A stretch of DNA of 64,000 nt from Eledone cirrhosa (GCA_964016885.1 OZ024744.1:123566001-123630000); one strand, 5' to 3'; counted from the first letter of the stretch, positions 1 through 12,685 are shown. A program made the numbers and translations. The notes: a model not told the origin generated them from the sequence alone.

Positions 1-38
1 TACTTAGCAGACATTCCAGATTATGAATTTGAAATAAG
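1..38 (+). CDS. PIK3R4: PIK3R4/VPS15 coding exon (partial, begins upstream of window)
   Basis: Reads YLADIPDYEFEI+AG then GTGAGT donor; matches human VPS15 YFSDIHDFEYDKS; phase 2 joins next exon to give S-LGSTRFFK. Confidence 0.88.
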
Positions 39-62
39 GTGAGTTGCTTGCTTCACAATATA

Positions 63-927
63 CGGGGTGTGTCAGAAAAGTTCCAGGACTGATGTCACAG
101 AAGATTTATTTCAAACCCAAACTTCACACTATGAGTTTTCTCCTTCAAAGTAATCCCCCTGGAGTCTAATGCACTTTTCCATCCTTTTCTGCCACGCTTG
201 AATGCACTCCTGGAAGGATTCTTCCGGGATCCTCCGCAGTTCCGTCGTCACGGCCTTTTTGATGTCGTCCACGTCTTCAAAATGGGTCCCCTCCGGGTTG
301 TACTCGAAGATCCATGACTCATCACTGCTGATGACTGTCCCTAGCAAGTCTGGTTCGGTTTCAAGACGCTCGAGGATGTCCTGGCACACTTGCATGCGTC
401 GACCCTTCTGGTCATCGTTCAGCAGTTTTGGCACCATCTTCACACAGACTTTCCGCATGTCCAAATCTTCAGTGAGAATCTTCCAGACACTGTCCTGATT
501 CATGCCCAGCTCATTTGCCATCTTTTGAACAGTCAGCCGACGATCGCTACACACCATCTGCCTGACGCGCTCAACGTTGATCTCAGTCCTGGTTGTTGAG
601 GGCCTTCTGCTCCTGGGGTCATCTTGCACCACTCAAAAACACGTGAGCGTGACATCGTCTCATCTCCATACACTTGCTGCAGCAATCCCAGTGCTTCTGA
701 CGGAGTTTTCAAGTTTGTTTGTTGCTCTGTGCTCATTGCTTGACAACCTGAAACAGAGGACATGTATATAAAATTATGAAGAAAAAAGTTTGATCGCTGC
801 AGAGAGCTAAGATTACAGTTACATACTCCAGGGAGATTACTTTCAAGGAGAAAACTCTTAGTGTGAAGTTTGGGTTTGAAATAAATCTTTTGTGACATCA
901 GTCCTGGAACTTTTCTGACACACCTCG
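63..927 (-). mobile_element. Tc1/mariner element, internally deleted transposase, ~100-bp TIRs
   Basis: TA at 61-62; TIR cggggtgtgtcagaaaagttccaggactg mirrored at ~825-927; ORF fragments with DDPRSRRPST, KMVPKLL, SDESWIFEY, GDYFEG; catalytic core deleted. Confidence 0.92.
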
Positions 928-1189
928 TCTATATAGTGAAAATTTAGTGTGGACGTTAGAAAACGTTCTATACAGATCACATTTTATAAAGAAAATGGTA
1001 AAAAAAAAAAGGGTTTGCAAGCGCACCTGGTATATAAAGGATCTTTATAACAAGTATACCAATTGATGTTAGCAAAGCTTGCTTTTTCCAATTTAGATCA
1101 TCCAAAATAGAGAAAGCAGGTGTATATATCAGGTTCGCTTTTCAAATTCTTTTTTGAAAACAATTTTCCTTATATATTATATCAACATC

Positions 1190-1370
1190 ATCATTATCAT
1201 CACTGTTTAACATCCATTTTTCTATGCTGGAATGGGTTAGATGAGTTGTCCTGTTGTGAGCAATGCCAGGTCAGGTGACCATGCCTTGCTCATACAGAAC
1301 CAACTTTTGATGCCCTTCCTAGCGTCAACCTCATTTACAGTATGTACTGGGTACTTTTTATTGTGGCACC
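1190..1370 (-). mobile_element. 3' end of RTE-related non-autonomous retroelement with (GAT)n tail
   Basis: Same sequence as 13878-14100 (catcatcact gttt..catgg..gttgtcctgttgtg..gatgcccttcct). Confidence 0.7.
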
Positions 1371-1937
1371 TACATGACCACTTTACAGTGTGTACTGGGT
1401 ACTTTTTGTTGTGACTCCTACATGACCACTTTACAGTGTGTACTGGGTATTTTTTGTTGTGACACCTACATGACCACTTTACAGTGTAGACTGGGCACTT
1501 TTTGTTGTGACACCTACATGACCACTTTACAGTGTGTACTGGGTACTTTTTGTTGTGACTCCTACATGACCACTTTACAGTGTGTACTGGGTACTTTTTG
1601 TTGTGACACCTACATGACCACTTTACAGTGTAGACTGGGCACTTTTTGTTGTGACACCTACATGACCACTTTACAGTGTAGACTGGGCACTTTTTGTTGT
1701 GACACCTACATGACCACTTTACAGTGTAGACTGGGTACTTTTTGTTGTGACTCCTACATGACCACTTTACAGTGTGTACTGGGTACTTTTTGTTGTGACA
1801 CCTACATGACCACTTTACAGTGTAGACTGGGCACTTTTTGTTGTGACACCTACATGACCACTTTACAGTGTAGACTGGGCACTTTTTGTTGTGACACCTA
1901 CATGACCACTTTACAGTGTGTACTGGGTACTTTTTGT
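1333..1937. repeat. 48-bp tandem repeat, ~12.5 copies
   Basis: Unit catgaccactttacagtgtgtactgggtactttttgttgtgacaccta; explains the repetitive ORFs 1237-2109 and 1374-1943. Confidence 0.95.
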
Positions 1938-1992
1938 CGATAGAAAGACCAAGGGGATGGGGAGGGGAGGGAGGGGGGAGGGGAGGGGGGGA

Positions 1993-2111
1993 GGTTGTCT
2001 GTCGGAAAGGTGCGAAACGTGTCCTTTGCTGTTCGTTGTTTTGAATATCTTTTTGATATTCAAAACAACGAACAGCGGAGGACACGTTTCGCACCTTTCC
2101 GACAGACAACC
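1993..2111. repeat. Near-perfect inverted repeat (57-bp arms, 5-nt loop) with G-rich/C-rich flanks
   Basis: ggttgtctgtcggaaagg...gaatatc TTTTT gatattc...cctttccgacagacaacc. Confidence 0.93.
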
Positions 2112-2449
2112 CCCCCCCCCCCCCCCCTCCCCGGAAAACAACCCAGTTGATGGATGTGAATCCGAAATATATGGGGACAATTAAATCTCTCCCAAGGTAA
2201 CTCTTTCTCGTGTTATTTTTATTTTTATCCTTTACGCTCTTTCCTTCATTCCTCTACACGTTACAGTCTTATACATGCCACGCATCTCAACGTACACCCA
2301 CTTACATCTCTCTCTCCACCACCGGATCTTGTTACCCGGAGATTTACCCATCTGCATTGTCGAGGCTTCCAAACGACTTAAAGAAATTGACCTTATTATT
2401 CCACAATGCTTCAAGCAAACTTCAATACTCTCTTATATATATATATATA

Positions 2450-3016
2450 TTTCCGAGGCCATAGTATCTAGAATAAGGACGGGTTGGAAGAAGTTTAGGG
2501 AGCTGCTTCCTCTGCTGACGAAGAAGGGTTTCTCCCTGTGTACGAAAGGCCGGTTATATGATGCCTGTGTGAGGAGCGCAATGCTGCATGGTGGTGAGAC
2601 ATGGGCAGCAACTGCAGAGGATATGCGACAGCTGGAGAGAAATGAGGCAAGCATACTCCATTGGATGTGCAATGTCAATGTGTGTGAACGACCCAGCATG
2701 GATGTATTGAGAGAGAAACTGTCTGAGTGGGATAGAATGTAGTGTGCGAGAGAGGAGACTGCAGTGGTATGGACATGTGATGCGCATGGAGGATGACCGA
2801 TGGGTGAAGAAGTGCCAAGAAATGCCAGTTGAAGGAAGACATGGTAGAGGTAGACCATGAAAAATATGGGTGGAGGTGGTGATTACAGACCTCAGATCGC
2901 TGAAGCTCGCGGTGGAGATGACAAAGGACCGTGACAAGTGGAGAGATGCTGTGCTGAATAAGATCCATCCCACCCTTGCAAGTAGGGAAAAGCGGACGTA
3001 AAATGATGATGATGAT
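2450..3016 (+). mobile_element. RTE-clade LINE, 5'-truncated 3' fragment
   Basis: AIVSRIRTGWKKFRELLPLL..KGRLYDACVRSAMLHGGETW..ERRLQWYGHVMRM..GRP; (GAT)n tail. Confidence 0.9.
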
Positions 3017-3389
3017 ATATATCAGTAGCATTGTTTAGATTTCATGAAATAATGAATTTATAAAATGTTACATTGTGATTGACATAAGAATATGTTTTTT
3101 AAATGTTGAATACCAAACTTGAAAACTGCCAGTTCTGCTTGTGAGTTGGTTGTGTTGGTGTCACAATAAAATGCTCTCAGTACACACTGTAAAGATACAT
3201 GGTACCCTAGTGCTGTGATCTCAGTAGCTAATATCTGTTGTTAAGTCATTAGCAATAAATATTTGTGAAGACACATGGTTTAGTGGTTAGGGAGTTGGAC
3301 TTATAATCATAAGTTTGTGGGTTCAATTACTGCACATACTACCCTTCACTGCTCTACCTCACTATATTTTTTATTTGTTTTATTTGTAG

Positions 3390-3562
3390 TCCCTGTAAAT
3401 CTCAGACCATGTTTTAAGACCCTGTAAATCTCAGACCATGTTTTAAGACCCTGTAAATTGCAGACCACGTTTTAAGACCCTGTAAATTTCAGACTCTGTT
3501 TTAAGACTCTGTAAATTTGAAACATTGTTGTTAGTCCCTGTGAATCTCAGACCCTCTTTTCA
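3390..3562. repeat. 29-bp tandem repeat, ~6 copies, just upstream of exon acceptor
   Basis: ccctgtaaatctcagaccatgttttaaga repeated. Confidence 0.85.
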
Positions 3563-3588
3563 GTTGAATAATTTTATTATCATTTCAG

Positions 3589-3713
3589 CTTAGGGAGCAC
3601 ACGCTTCTTTAAAGTAGCGCGAGCGCGATGCAAAGAGGGTCAAGTTGTGGTGAAGGTGTTTGTAATACATGACCCGTCTCTCCCGTTGGCCATACACAGA
3701 AATCGATTAGAAG
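3589..3713 (+). CDS. PIK3R4: PIK3R4/VPS15 exon (kinase N-lobe)
   Basis: tttcag acceptor, (S)[46 protein letters not shown] donor. Confidence 0.95.
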
Positions 3714-3801
3714 GTAACGTTTCATTTTGTATTTTATTTATGATTATGGATATGTGTGTTTGTGTATATATATACATACATACATACATACATACATACA
3801 T

Positions 3802-6800
3802 AGTCAGTCAACGCGATCAGTCGCATATTTTGGTGTGGGAAGCTATTCATTAAATTTAAGATGAATACTATCTCCGACAGTAATGCCACAACTACAGTCA
3901 TGTTGAATAACTGGTTATTCTTTTAACTATATCCACTGAAGACACCTTTTATTCGAATTCGTAGAGATATCCGACTAAATACATAATTCATTTTACAAGG
4001 ATTTGCTACAAACAGCATGGCTGAACACAACAACAACATTAAAGAAGTACCGAAGACAAATAACAAGGAAGGTAAACAAACTTTATTCAGTTGTAGCTAC
4101 AGTAGAAACCGAAATTATAAATCGCATTTCTCTTGGAGTTGCGAACTTAATAATGATTTATTTAATTGTTATAAAATGGCAAAAAACAATCCCTCCATTG
4201 GCTATATGAATAGAATGAAGCTACACTGGGACGAAATACACCCAGAGCTAAATTATTTCACAGCGAAACAATTACGCCAACAAGCGACGTTTGTTGAACA
4301 TAAAAATAAGATAAATATTATTAATTGTAAGTCCCCCACAACAAACATGTTATCAACAACGTGCTACAGGTTGCCATGTTACTAGACTTCCTAGTAGCCA
4401 GGTTAAACAGTGCTTTGAAACAACTATACCTGTAAGAAATTTGACACCACATGTACCATCTAAGTCTACCTCGAATGCTGGGGAAAACACTACCGATAAT
4501 AATAATAATCGAAGAAATTTGACACCACGTGTACCATCCGAGTCTACCTCGACTGTTGTGGAAATTACTATCGATAATGATAATAATCAAAAGTATAAAC
4601 AATTGAAAATTTCCCTCAATGAAATCTTCCAGAGAGAAATTAATTCATGTATAAATATCTCTCTTGCTGAATGTATTAAAACGACAATGTTTAATAAAAA
4701 TCTAAATAATTGTTTCTACTTTAGGCACAAGGCCAGCAATTATCCAGTGCATTACTGGTACTTTATTTTATCGACCCCGTAAGGATGAAAGGCAAAGTCA
4801 ACCTCGGCGGGATTTGAACTCAGATCGTAAAGGGACGTATCTATGCTGGAAAGCATGGCGTCCGACCCTCTACCGATACTGCCAATCCACCGCCCTATTA
4901 AAATCTAAATAATGAAATATTACGTGTTATTGACGAAATAGGGGATAAAAACCCCAACATTTTGGCAAATCAAAGCCTGTTTATATGCCTTAGCAATGAC
5001 AGTGAAGCATTATCTTGGTGATAGTCGAGATATTAACAAGAACAGAACACCACCAAAAATACCATCATATATAACTAAAGTAGAAAAAAAGATTGCTGAT
5101 CTACGAAAAACCATAGGATATGTGACAATGCTCCTTACATGCAAACAAACACAAAAAAAACCTCACTCCTCACCAACAAAGAGTGAAAAATAAAATAGAG
5201 ACGATGTTTGGTAACAGTAGAACCAGAACTCTTCAATATAAGCTGATCACCCTCAAACAGGAATTGAGAGCTGTTAGCGAAAAACGCCGACACCTGAAGA
5301 AGGTAGATGAGAGAAAAGTGCTTAATAAAAGATTCAGATGAAACCAAACATCAGTCTATAGAGATATGAAGGGCAAAATAATAAGTGTCACTGAGGCCCC
5401 ATCCTGAAAGACATAGATTCCTTTGGGAGCAAAATATGGGGTGAAAAGAAGAATTTCAACCAAGATGCAGTGTGGCTAAGAGAAATCCGAAAGAACTATT
5501 GCTCCTACACTACAACAAAAACATACAAAATAAGTGAGGGTACCCTTGAGACTGTGATAGGAAAACTCCAAGATAAGAAAGCAAAAAACTGATATTCTAT
5601 CGGAGGTATCTTACCAACCTTTACCAATAAGTTCTTATACCAGAATGGTAGACATTAGCACAAACATTACTGGTCCCCAAGAACAAAAACACCCACTTGG
5701 CAAAAAAACTACCGACCCATTGCATGCCAGAATCTGATGTATACAGCCTGCCTGAACCTATTCCTCCAAGATCACTGTGAAAATAATAACATCATCACAG
5801 ATGGAAAGAAAGAGGTTTGGGGATGTGCTGAACAACTCCTAATCAACAAAACTGCGATGTCGGAGGTGCGACAACTTAGGAGGAATATGACTACAGTCTG
5901 ACTGGACTACAGGAAAGCTTTCGATTCTGTTCCCCACTCTTGGATGATAGAGGCCCTCCAACTTGCTAAAGTCCCAGACATTATTATCAGAGCTATAGAG
6001 AGGCTGTCTTCTTCTTGGGCTACTATCCTAAGGTTAAAGACAGAGAAGGAGGACTCTATTTCTACTGATAAAATAAAATATCGCAGGGGTATATTTCAGG
6101 GAGACAGTCTCTCTGTGATATTATTCATCCTGTCATTAAACCCCTTGTCCTTTTCTGCTCCAGAAATGTGAGGGATACATTATTGGCTCACAGGAGGACA
6201 GAAATACGAACATAAACCCATAATTTCTTTGTGGATGATCTGAAACTCTATGCCAAGAACATGGATGGGATGAAGAAAAATCTTGACCTAGTTACAATGT
6301 TCTCAAAGGATATAGGAATGGAGTTTGGCCAAGATAAATGTTCTTATATGACTAAAGCGGGGAAAACAACAATCCAATCTAGCAACATTGTCATCAATGG
6401 CCTAACTGTTTCATCAATATCTGATGAGGACTGCTACAGATACCTGGGGATAGATGAGAACATATCCTATAATGGTTTCTGTAATAAAGAATGCGTAACC
6501 AGGGAATACTACACCCGATTAAGAAAGATTTGGTCATCGGAACTCGCTGTCCAAAACAAAACAGTGGCTCACAATGTGTTTGCTGTGCCTGTCCTAACAC
6601 CAACGATTGGAATACACAGTTGGACGATAGACGAAATCCGAGCAGTTGATGTTAGAACTCAAAAAATACTAAACAACACCGGAAACTTCCACATCAACAG
6701 TGATATAGACCGCCTTTACTTGAAACGTAATCAGGGAGGCAGAGGCCTAACATCAGTCCAGACAGCATTTGAATGTTGCATCATATCTCTCCGACAACAT

Positions 6801-8070
6801 CTACGAACCTCGAAGCATAGGAGCCCATCTCTCGAGCAAGTCTATCTGCATGAAACAGATAAGATCATGAGAGTTGGGAAGGAACTACTCGAGAGATGTT
6901 TCCTGTGTGATAATCAAAAACTCACACCCAGGGATGTCGCTCAGCAGAATCGCAGTAAATCCATGGATGAAAAACTGCATGCTTATCAGCGAAAAAATCA
7001 TGCATGGATATGTTGCCAGGAAGCTCCAGAGTGAGAGTAATATAGATAAGGAAAGTAGTCTATCTTGGACCAACAACCGCTATATTGGCTCCCACTTTGA
7101 AGGATACGCTTTTACAATTCAATAACAGGAGATTAACACGAAATACCTGATTCACAAAAGAGATAGGGATGTTAGCAAAACACCTAGATGAGATAACAAA
7201 TGCAGACTCTGCAGAATTAACATCGAAGATGTCACCCATGTCATTAGCAGCTGTCCAAAGATGTCATCACGGTACGATCTACCTATGAAGCATGATGCAG
7301 TGGCCAAAACACTGTATGATGTAATCCGTAGAAAAGATAGCCCCGATAATAAACACATTAAAAGCTACAGCAATATGGAAGACATACATATACATAACAT
7401 GAAAGCGTACTGGTGGAATGTTCCAGTAAAAACCCCAATGAAATGCAGGCATAACAGACCAGATATTATGATATGGGACAGGAAGAAGAAAGCATGCACA
7501 GTAGTGGAAGTTAGCTACCCAGCAGATGCCAATATAATATCAAAGATTAGCGAAAAGGAGAATATTTATGTAGAACTAATGAGAAATCTGCAGATACTCC
7601 ACCCTGATTACACCTTCAGATTTATGCCTGTGATTATTGGGGCACTGGGGTATGTTAGTAACTGCCTCAATACAAATCTTGAGAAGCTAGGCTTCGTAGG
7701 AACAGAAAGAGTACAACTAGTTAGGAAATTACAAGTACAATCCATTAATGGAACAGTAAAAATATGTAAAACATTCCAGAAATTTTGCATCTAATAACTG
7801 CATATACACATGTACAGATGCAAAGCATATACACATGCACACATCAACTCAAAACATCCACATCCACACATACAATAACATCCATATCTACACATGCATG
7901 CATACATAATCTACCTAGTGAGTGATTTGTTTATTATTGCAGTTGTCCATGAAATAGTTAACACTATGTTTATCTACCTAGTTGATGTGTAAATTCCAAT
8001 GAGAGAGTCTTGTGTCTATGTTAGAAACCGACTCTCTCTCTATTGGGAGAAATTTGTGAAATTATAAAAC
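3802..8070 (+). mobile_element. Degenerate near full-length R4/Dong-like RLE LINE (family C)
   Basis: N-terminal W..ELN..L..CY...GYM.RMK..W domain, RT motifs DYRKAFDSV, GIFQGDSLS, FVDDLKLY, CCHC (CRLC..H..C), RLE HD..NRPD..VEVS..K; many frameshifts; boundaries approximate. Confidence 0.88.
4711..4899 (-). mobile_element. tRNA-derived SINE inserted in LINE, with 14-bp TSD
   Basis: A box TGGCAGTATCGG, B box GAGTTCAAATCC; aaaatctaaataat at 4697-4710 and 4900-4913. Confidence 0.9.
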
Positions 8071-8282
8071 CAGAAGCAGGGAAAAGCGGACGTAAAATGT
8101 TGATGATACACACGCACACGCACCATTTAATGTCTGCTTTCCCTGCTAGCAAGGGTTGGACAGGTCTACATAAGTTAGTTCTGAAGTGGGGCTACTGACC
8201 TAGACAGGCCAAGGGGTCTGTATCCTGTTTACTTATGGTCATATTGAGTGCAGTCAAGATATCATGTAAATGACATAAAACT

Positions 8283-8678
8283 GAAGCTTGTTTTAACTAC
8301 AATTAAGCCTGTTTTAACTACAATAAAACCTGTTTTAACTGCAATTAAGCCTGTTTTAACTATTTAAACCTGTTTTAATTGCAATTAAGCCTGTTTTAAC
8401 TGCAATTAAGCCTATTTTAACTGCAATTAAGCCTGTTTTAACTGCAATTAAGCCTGTTTTAACTGCAATTAAGCCTGTTTTAACTGCAATTAAGCCTGTT
8501 TTAACTGTATTTAAACCTGTTTTAACTGCAACTAAATCTGTTTTAACTACAATTAAATCTGTTTTAACTGCAATTAAGCCTGTTTTAACTGCAATTAAGC
8601 CTGTTTTAACTGTATTTAAACATGTTTTAACTGCAATTAAGCCTGTTTTAACTATTTAGCTGTGTTTAAGCCTGTTAG
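8283..8678. repeat. 21-bp minisatellite, ~18 copies
   Basis: aagcctgttttaactgcaatt repeated. Confidence 0.93.
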
Positions 8679-8832
8679 GGTAAAACCAGTTTTTTGTTTG
8701 TTATTTTAAAATTTATATTTTACTGAAATATGGAGCAGACATTATCAATATGAGGTGTGAACTACCTCATGTGACTATTGTATTAAATATGCTAATATAT
8801 GTATATTGTTATTGTTTTGTTTTTCTTCTCAG

Positions 8833-8888
8833 AAATTAAAGGACAGTTAAGTGGTGCCTCAAACTGTCTTCCATTCCAGAAATTTATA
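8833..8888 (+). CDS. PIK3R4: PIK3R4/VPS15 exon
   Basis: ttctcag acceptor, (E)IKGQLSGASNCLPFQKFI, GTAAGT donor; matches human LKIRLNSAQNCLPFQK. Confidence 0.93.
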
Positions 8889-8899
8889 GTAAGTAATTT

Positions 8900-9602
8900 A
8901 CCACACATCTTTACATCTGCCATATGTACCAAATATCTTTACAACAGATGTATCTATGTACCACATATCTTTACAACAGATGTACCTGTGTATCACATAT
9001 CTTTACAACAGATCTTTACATCTGTCCTATGTATCACATAGTTTTACATCTGTCCCATATACCACATATCTTTACATCTGCCATATGTGTCTATGTCATT
9101 AGAGGGGCAGACATACTTTCCAGCATAGAGTTACGTCTCTTTACGATCTGAGTTCAAATCCCGCTGAGGTTAACTTTGCCTTTCATCCTTACGGGGGTCG
9201 ATAAAATAAAGTATCAGTAATGTATTGGGTTATTGCTGGCCTTGTGCCAAAAGTAGAAACAATTATATATACTTATATCTTAGATAGTGGATTGGCAGTA
9301 TCGGTAGAGGGTCGAGCGCATAGTTATGGCCCTTGCCATTCTGAGTTCAAATCCCGCCGCAGTTAACTTTGCCTTTCATCCTTACGGGGTTGATAAAATA
9401 AAGTACCAGTAATGTACTGGGTAATTGCTGGCCTTGTGCCAAAAGAGAAATACAATATCTTTACATCTGCCATATGTATCTCTGTTTTTATATCTTTACA
9501 TCTGCCATATGTATATCTGTTTTTATATCTTTACATCTGCCATATGTATCTGTCATTATATCTTTACATCTGCCATATGTATCTGTCATTATATCTTTAC
9601 AG
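8900..9602. repeat. ~33-bp tandem repeat interrupted by two SINE copies (~9100-9450)
   Basis: atatctttacatctgccatatgtatctg.. repeated; SINE core gcctttcatccttacggggtcgataaaataaagtacc present twice. Confidence 0.85.
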
Positions 9603-9752
9603 CAATCAGATAAAGCTGCCCTTTTATTCCGCCAATATACAAAAGATAGTTTATATGATCGGATAAGCACCCGGCCATTTCTCAATGCAATTGAGAAAAA
9701 ATGGATTGCTTTCCAACTTCTTTGTGCTTTGAATCAATGCCATAAATTAAAG
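9603..9752 (+). CDS. PIK3R4: PIK3R4/VPS15 exon
   Basis: [50 protein letters not shown]; ttacag/GTGAGT boundaries. Confidence 0.96.
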
Positions 9753-9769
9753 GTGAGTTGTGTTCTTAA

Positions 9770-9973
9770 CCCTTTCATGACCACATTTCTAATGAAATAC
9801 ACTCTATTTTCATTAATTAAAAATTATTTCATTACTAAGATAGTGACTTAATGTAAGGTTCTTATGTAAAATTATGTTGGAAGATTTTAATCTAAATAGG
9901 AACTCTTTAAAATGGGTGGTTTTATTTCATAGAACCAGGGCTGGTTTTGGTGGGTTAGTTGGTATCAAAAGGG
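9770..9973. mobile_element. piggyBac-type MITE
   Basis: TTAA-CCCTTTcatgacca ... tggtatcaAAAGGG-TTAA. Confidence 0.7.
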
Positions 9974-10079
9974 TTAAGGAAGAATTTAGGGGGATTTACT
10001 AAAATGAGTATTTCATCAATAAGATAGTAACTTAGCAAATTATATTTTAAGATTTTAATTTAAACGAATGCTTACCGTA

Positions 10080-10273
10080 CGAGGGTCAGCTGAAAACTTC
10101 ATAGACTAACTAAGATACTCTCATGGAATCACCAAATGAAGTTTATTTTTCAACATAATCCCTGGAAAGAAACAATGCAGTTATTAATAAGAGTTGAAAT
10201 TAATGACGTATAATTTCACAGCTCTAGCATCATTCCTTCATATTCAACCTACGAACCTTTCAGCTTACCCTTG
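10080..10273. mobile_element. mariner-type MITE
   Basis: TA-cgagggtcagctgaaaacttcatag ... ctacgaacctttcagcttacccttg imperfect TIRs. Confidence 0.65.
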
Positions 10274-10566
10274 TGCAGTTGACTCCTTTAAAAGCAGCCC
10301 ATGACCAGGTGGTGGTGTTGGTGTTAAATATGGTGTTAAATATTTTTGATTCAATTTATTATTATAATTATTAGTGTTGGACACCATGCTCTGCAGCATA
10401 GTTACATCCCATTACGGTCTGATTTCAGATCCCACCAAGGTTAGCTTTACCTTTCATCCTTACAGAGTCAATAAAATAAAGTACCAGTAATGTACTGAGG
10501 TTGATTTAATCGACTTTCCCCCCTCCCCTTCAAATTGCTGGCTTTGTGCCTAAAGTAGAAACAATT

Positions 10567-10933
10567 CATCATCATACGTCTGCTTTTCCCTGCTTGCAAG
10601 GGTGGGACGGGTCTTATTCAGCACAGCATCTCTCCACTTGTCACGGTCCTTCGTCATCTCCACCGTGTGCTTCAATGATCTAAGTTCTGTTCTCACCACC
10701 TCCGCCCATGTTTTTCGTGGTCTACCTCTACCTCGTCTTCCTTCAACTGGCACTTCTTCACCCATCGGTCACCCTCCATGTGCATCACATGTCCATACCA
10801 CCTCAGTCTCCTCTCTCACACACTACATTCTATCCCTCTCAGACACAGTTTCTCTCTCAGCACATTCATGCTGGGTCGGTCACGCACATTTACACTGCAC
10901 ATCCAACGGAGCATGCTTGCCTCATTTCTCTCC
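10567..10933 (-). mobile_element. RTE LINE 3' fragment inserted into a SINE (ATT)n tail
   Basis: Homologous to 2640-3016 ([19 protein letters not shown]); flanked by SINE tail aaagtagaaacaatt and caattattatt. Confidence 0.85.
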
Positions 10934-10975
10934 AATTATTATTATTATTATTTCTTTGTAATTCCTTCATTCCAG

Positions 10976-11077
10976 GTTTGCCATGGTGACATTAAGTCTG
11001 AAAATGTGATGATTACTGGCTGGAATTGGCTTTTCCTCACAGACTTTGCTAGCTTCAAACCAACATATCTACCTGAG
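10976..11077 (+). CDS. PIK3R4: PIK3R4/VPS15 exon (catalytic loop [11 protein letters not shown] motif)
   Basis: [34 protein letters not shown]; ttccag/GTCAGT. Confidence 0.97.
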
Positions 11078-11249
11078 GTCAGTTGATTCATTATCTTCAA
11101 AATTATTGATTTTTTATTCCATCATGTGCAGGAGCTGGTGTAGTAATGTGCCAGCTTCAACATTCAGTCATCAGAAGAAGGTAAGTAGGTGTAAAAGCCA
11201 AACTCGCTGTCTTCAATTCAGTTTTTGTGCCAACTCTTACCTGTGGTCA

Positions 11250-11387
11250 TAAATCTTGGGTAATGACCGAAAGAATATAAGTGGCCGAAATGGGATTCCT
11301 CCGAAGGGTCTGTGAAGTAACGTTACTCGATAGAGTGTAGCTTAGAGATCAGAGAGTCACTCCAGGTAGAACTGATACTTCTCTTCA
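11250..11387 (+). mobile_element. Rex3/Expander-like RTE fragment, continues after piggyBac into the 64-bp array
   Basis: WVMTERI..VAEMGFLRRVCEVTLLDRV..EIRESLQVELILL, resuming at 12687 as IERS.L.YYGHMVRMSQERI. Confidence 0.78.
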
Positions 11388-12685
11388 CCCTTTAGCATTC
11401 GCATGAATTTGTCAAACGTCATGTTTATCTGTTCGCATTATTTTCAGTTAATCATACTCAAGAGGGTTATCAATTTTATTGTAGGTAACACGGTGTAGGT
11501 AACACAGTAAAAACCTCCCAGTCCCACACTGTAAATGTGGTTGGTGTTAGGAAGGGCATCCAGCTGTAGAAAACCCGCCAGACAGTCCTATGCGAGCAAG
11601 ACAACCACTCTTGCCTCAAGTGGGAAAACTCCCGTCCAAACCCATGCAAGCGTGGAACATGGACGTTAAACAATGATGATGATGATGATGATGATGATTT
11701 GTTTGTAATTTTCTTAATTTTCTATGTGCAGACTTGAAATTTTGTCAGTGGATGTTTAAATATCAATAATTTACAATTATATAATTTTACCTGATTTATT
11801 TGGGCAAATTTGACTTTTATGGACAGGTGAAATTAATTAATAGGGGCATTTGAAGTATCAACCAGGTGCAAATACTGGTTTAATTTTAAATACGTTGTTT
11901 TCAGCATAATACTTGATATATAAGAATCACTAAACCTTATATCAGTGTTCCAGTAATTCCACAGTCTTGCAAATTGTTTTATACCGGTAATATTTACGGT
12001 AAAAAATGCTTACATTTCCACAGCATCTGTCGGTCGCCATAACAGATCGGACTTTCCTCGATTTGAAATCTGTTGTTGGCTATATCGATTAATCTCTTCA
12101 GCCATAACTTTGAAGAAAGTTTGTGATAAAAACAAAAAGAAATAATACAGTGCTTTAGCATCAGGAGCTAATGTGTGTTGTGGACCAGTATTTTGAATAA
12201 AATCGGGAACATATATTAGTGTGGTATTTTTCGACCATGTTGCTGAAATATTTTCAATGGCGCCCTGGAGTCTCCTTCGTTTTCACTTTCAAAATAATCA
12301 CCATCGGACGAAATTTCAGAAATATAAACATCAGATTCATTTGAAGATAAATCACTAATATTATCGTTTGTTTCTTGTTTATTCTGAATGTCGTCGTGTG
12401 TAAAAACTTCAAAGTCGGTATCGCTACTTTCATAAGCCATGTTGATACAAAAATTTGTTGCACTTTCAAAGTTAAAAAACACTTGTTGCTTTTAGTTGTT
12501 CCACTATATTAAGTGTTAATTTTCGCGGTAAAGGCCTAATCTTGCAGCAGTCTCGGATTGACGAGATTTTGATGATGGTTTGTTTATTTTTAGAATGATT
12601 TTTTAGTGTGGGTGTTTTCGGGCAGTTTGAACAAATGAAGGGGAAACAATTTTGGGCGACTTCAGGCGGTTTGAACACTAAAGGG
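11388..12685 (-). mobile_element. Internally deleted piggyBac element
   Basis: CCCTTTAG...CTAAAGGG-TTAA termini; acidic N-terminus then PDFIQNTGP..YYFFLF..EINRYSQQ..WRPTDAVEM*AFF (PGBD-like N-terminal region); contains a nested retro-tail at ~11490-11700. Confidence 0.82.

Noticed and set aside
1998-2025. Hammerhead in the hairpin (CGAAACGT)
   Set aside because: No CUGANGA core or stem II upstream
1237-2109. Cys-rich repetitive 290-aa ORF (zinc finger/metallothionein-like)
   Set aside because: Artefact of the 48-bp minisatellite
1911-2184. Mirror ORFs on both strands
   Set aside because: Consequence of the inverted repeat
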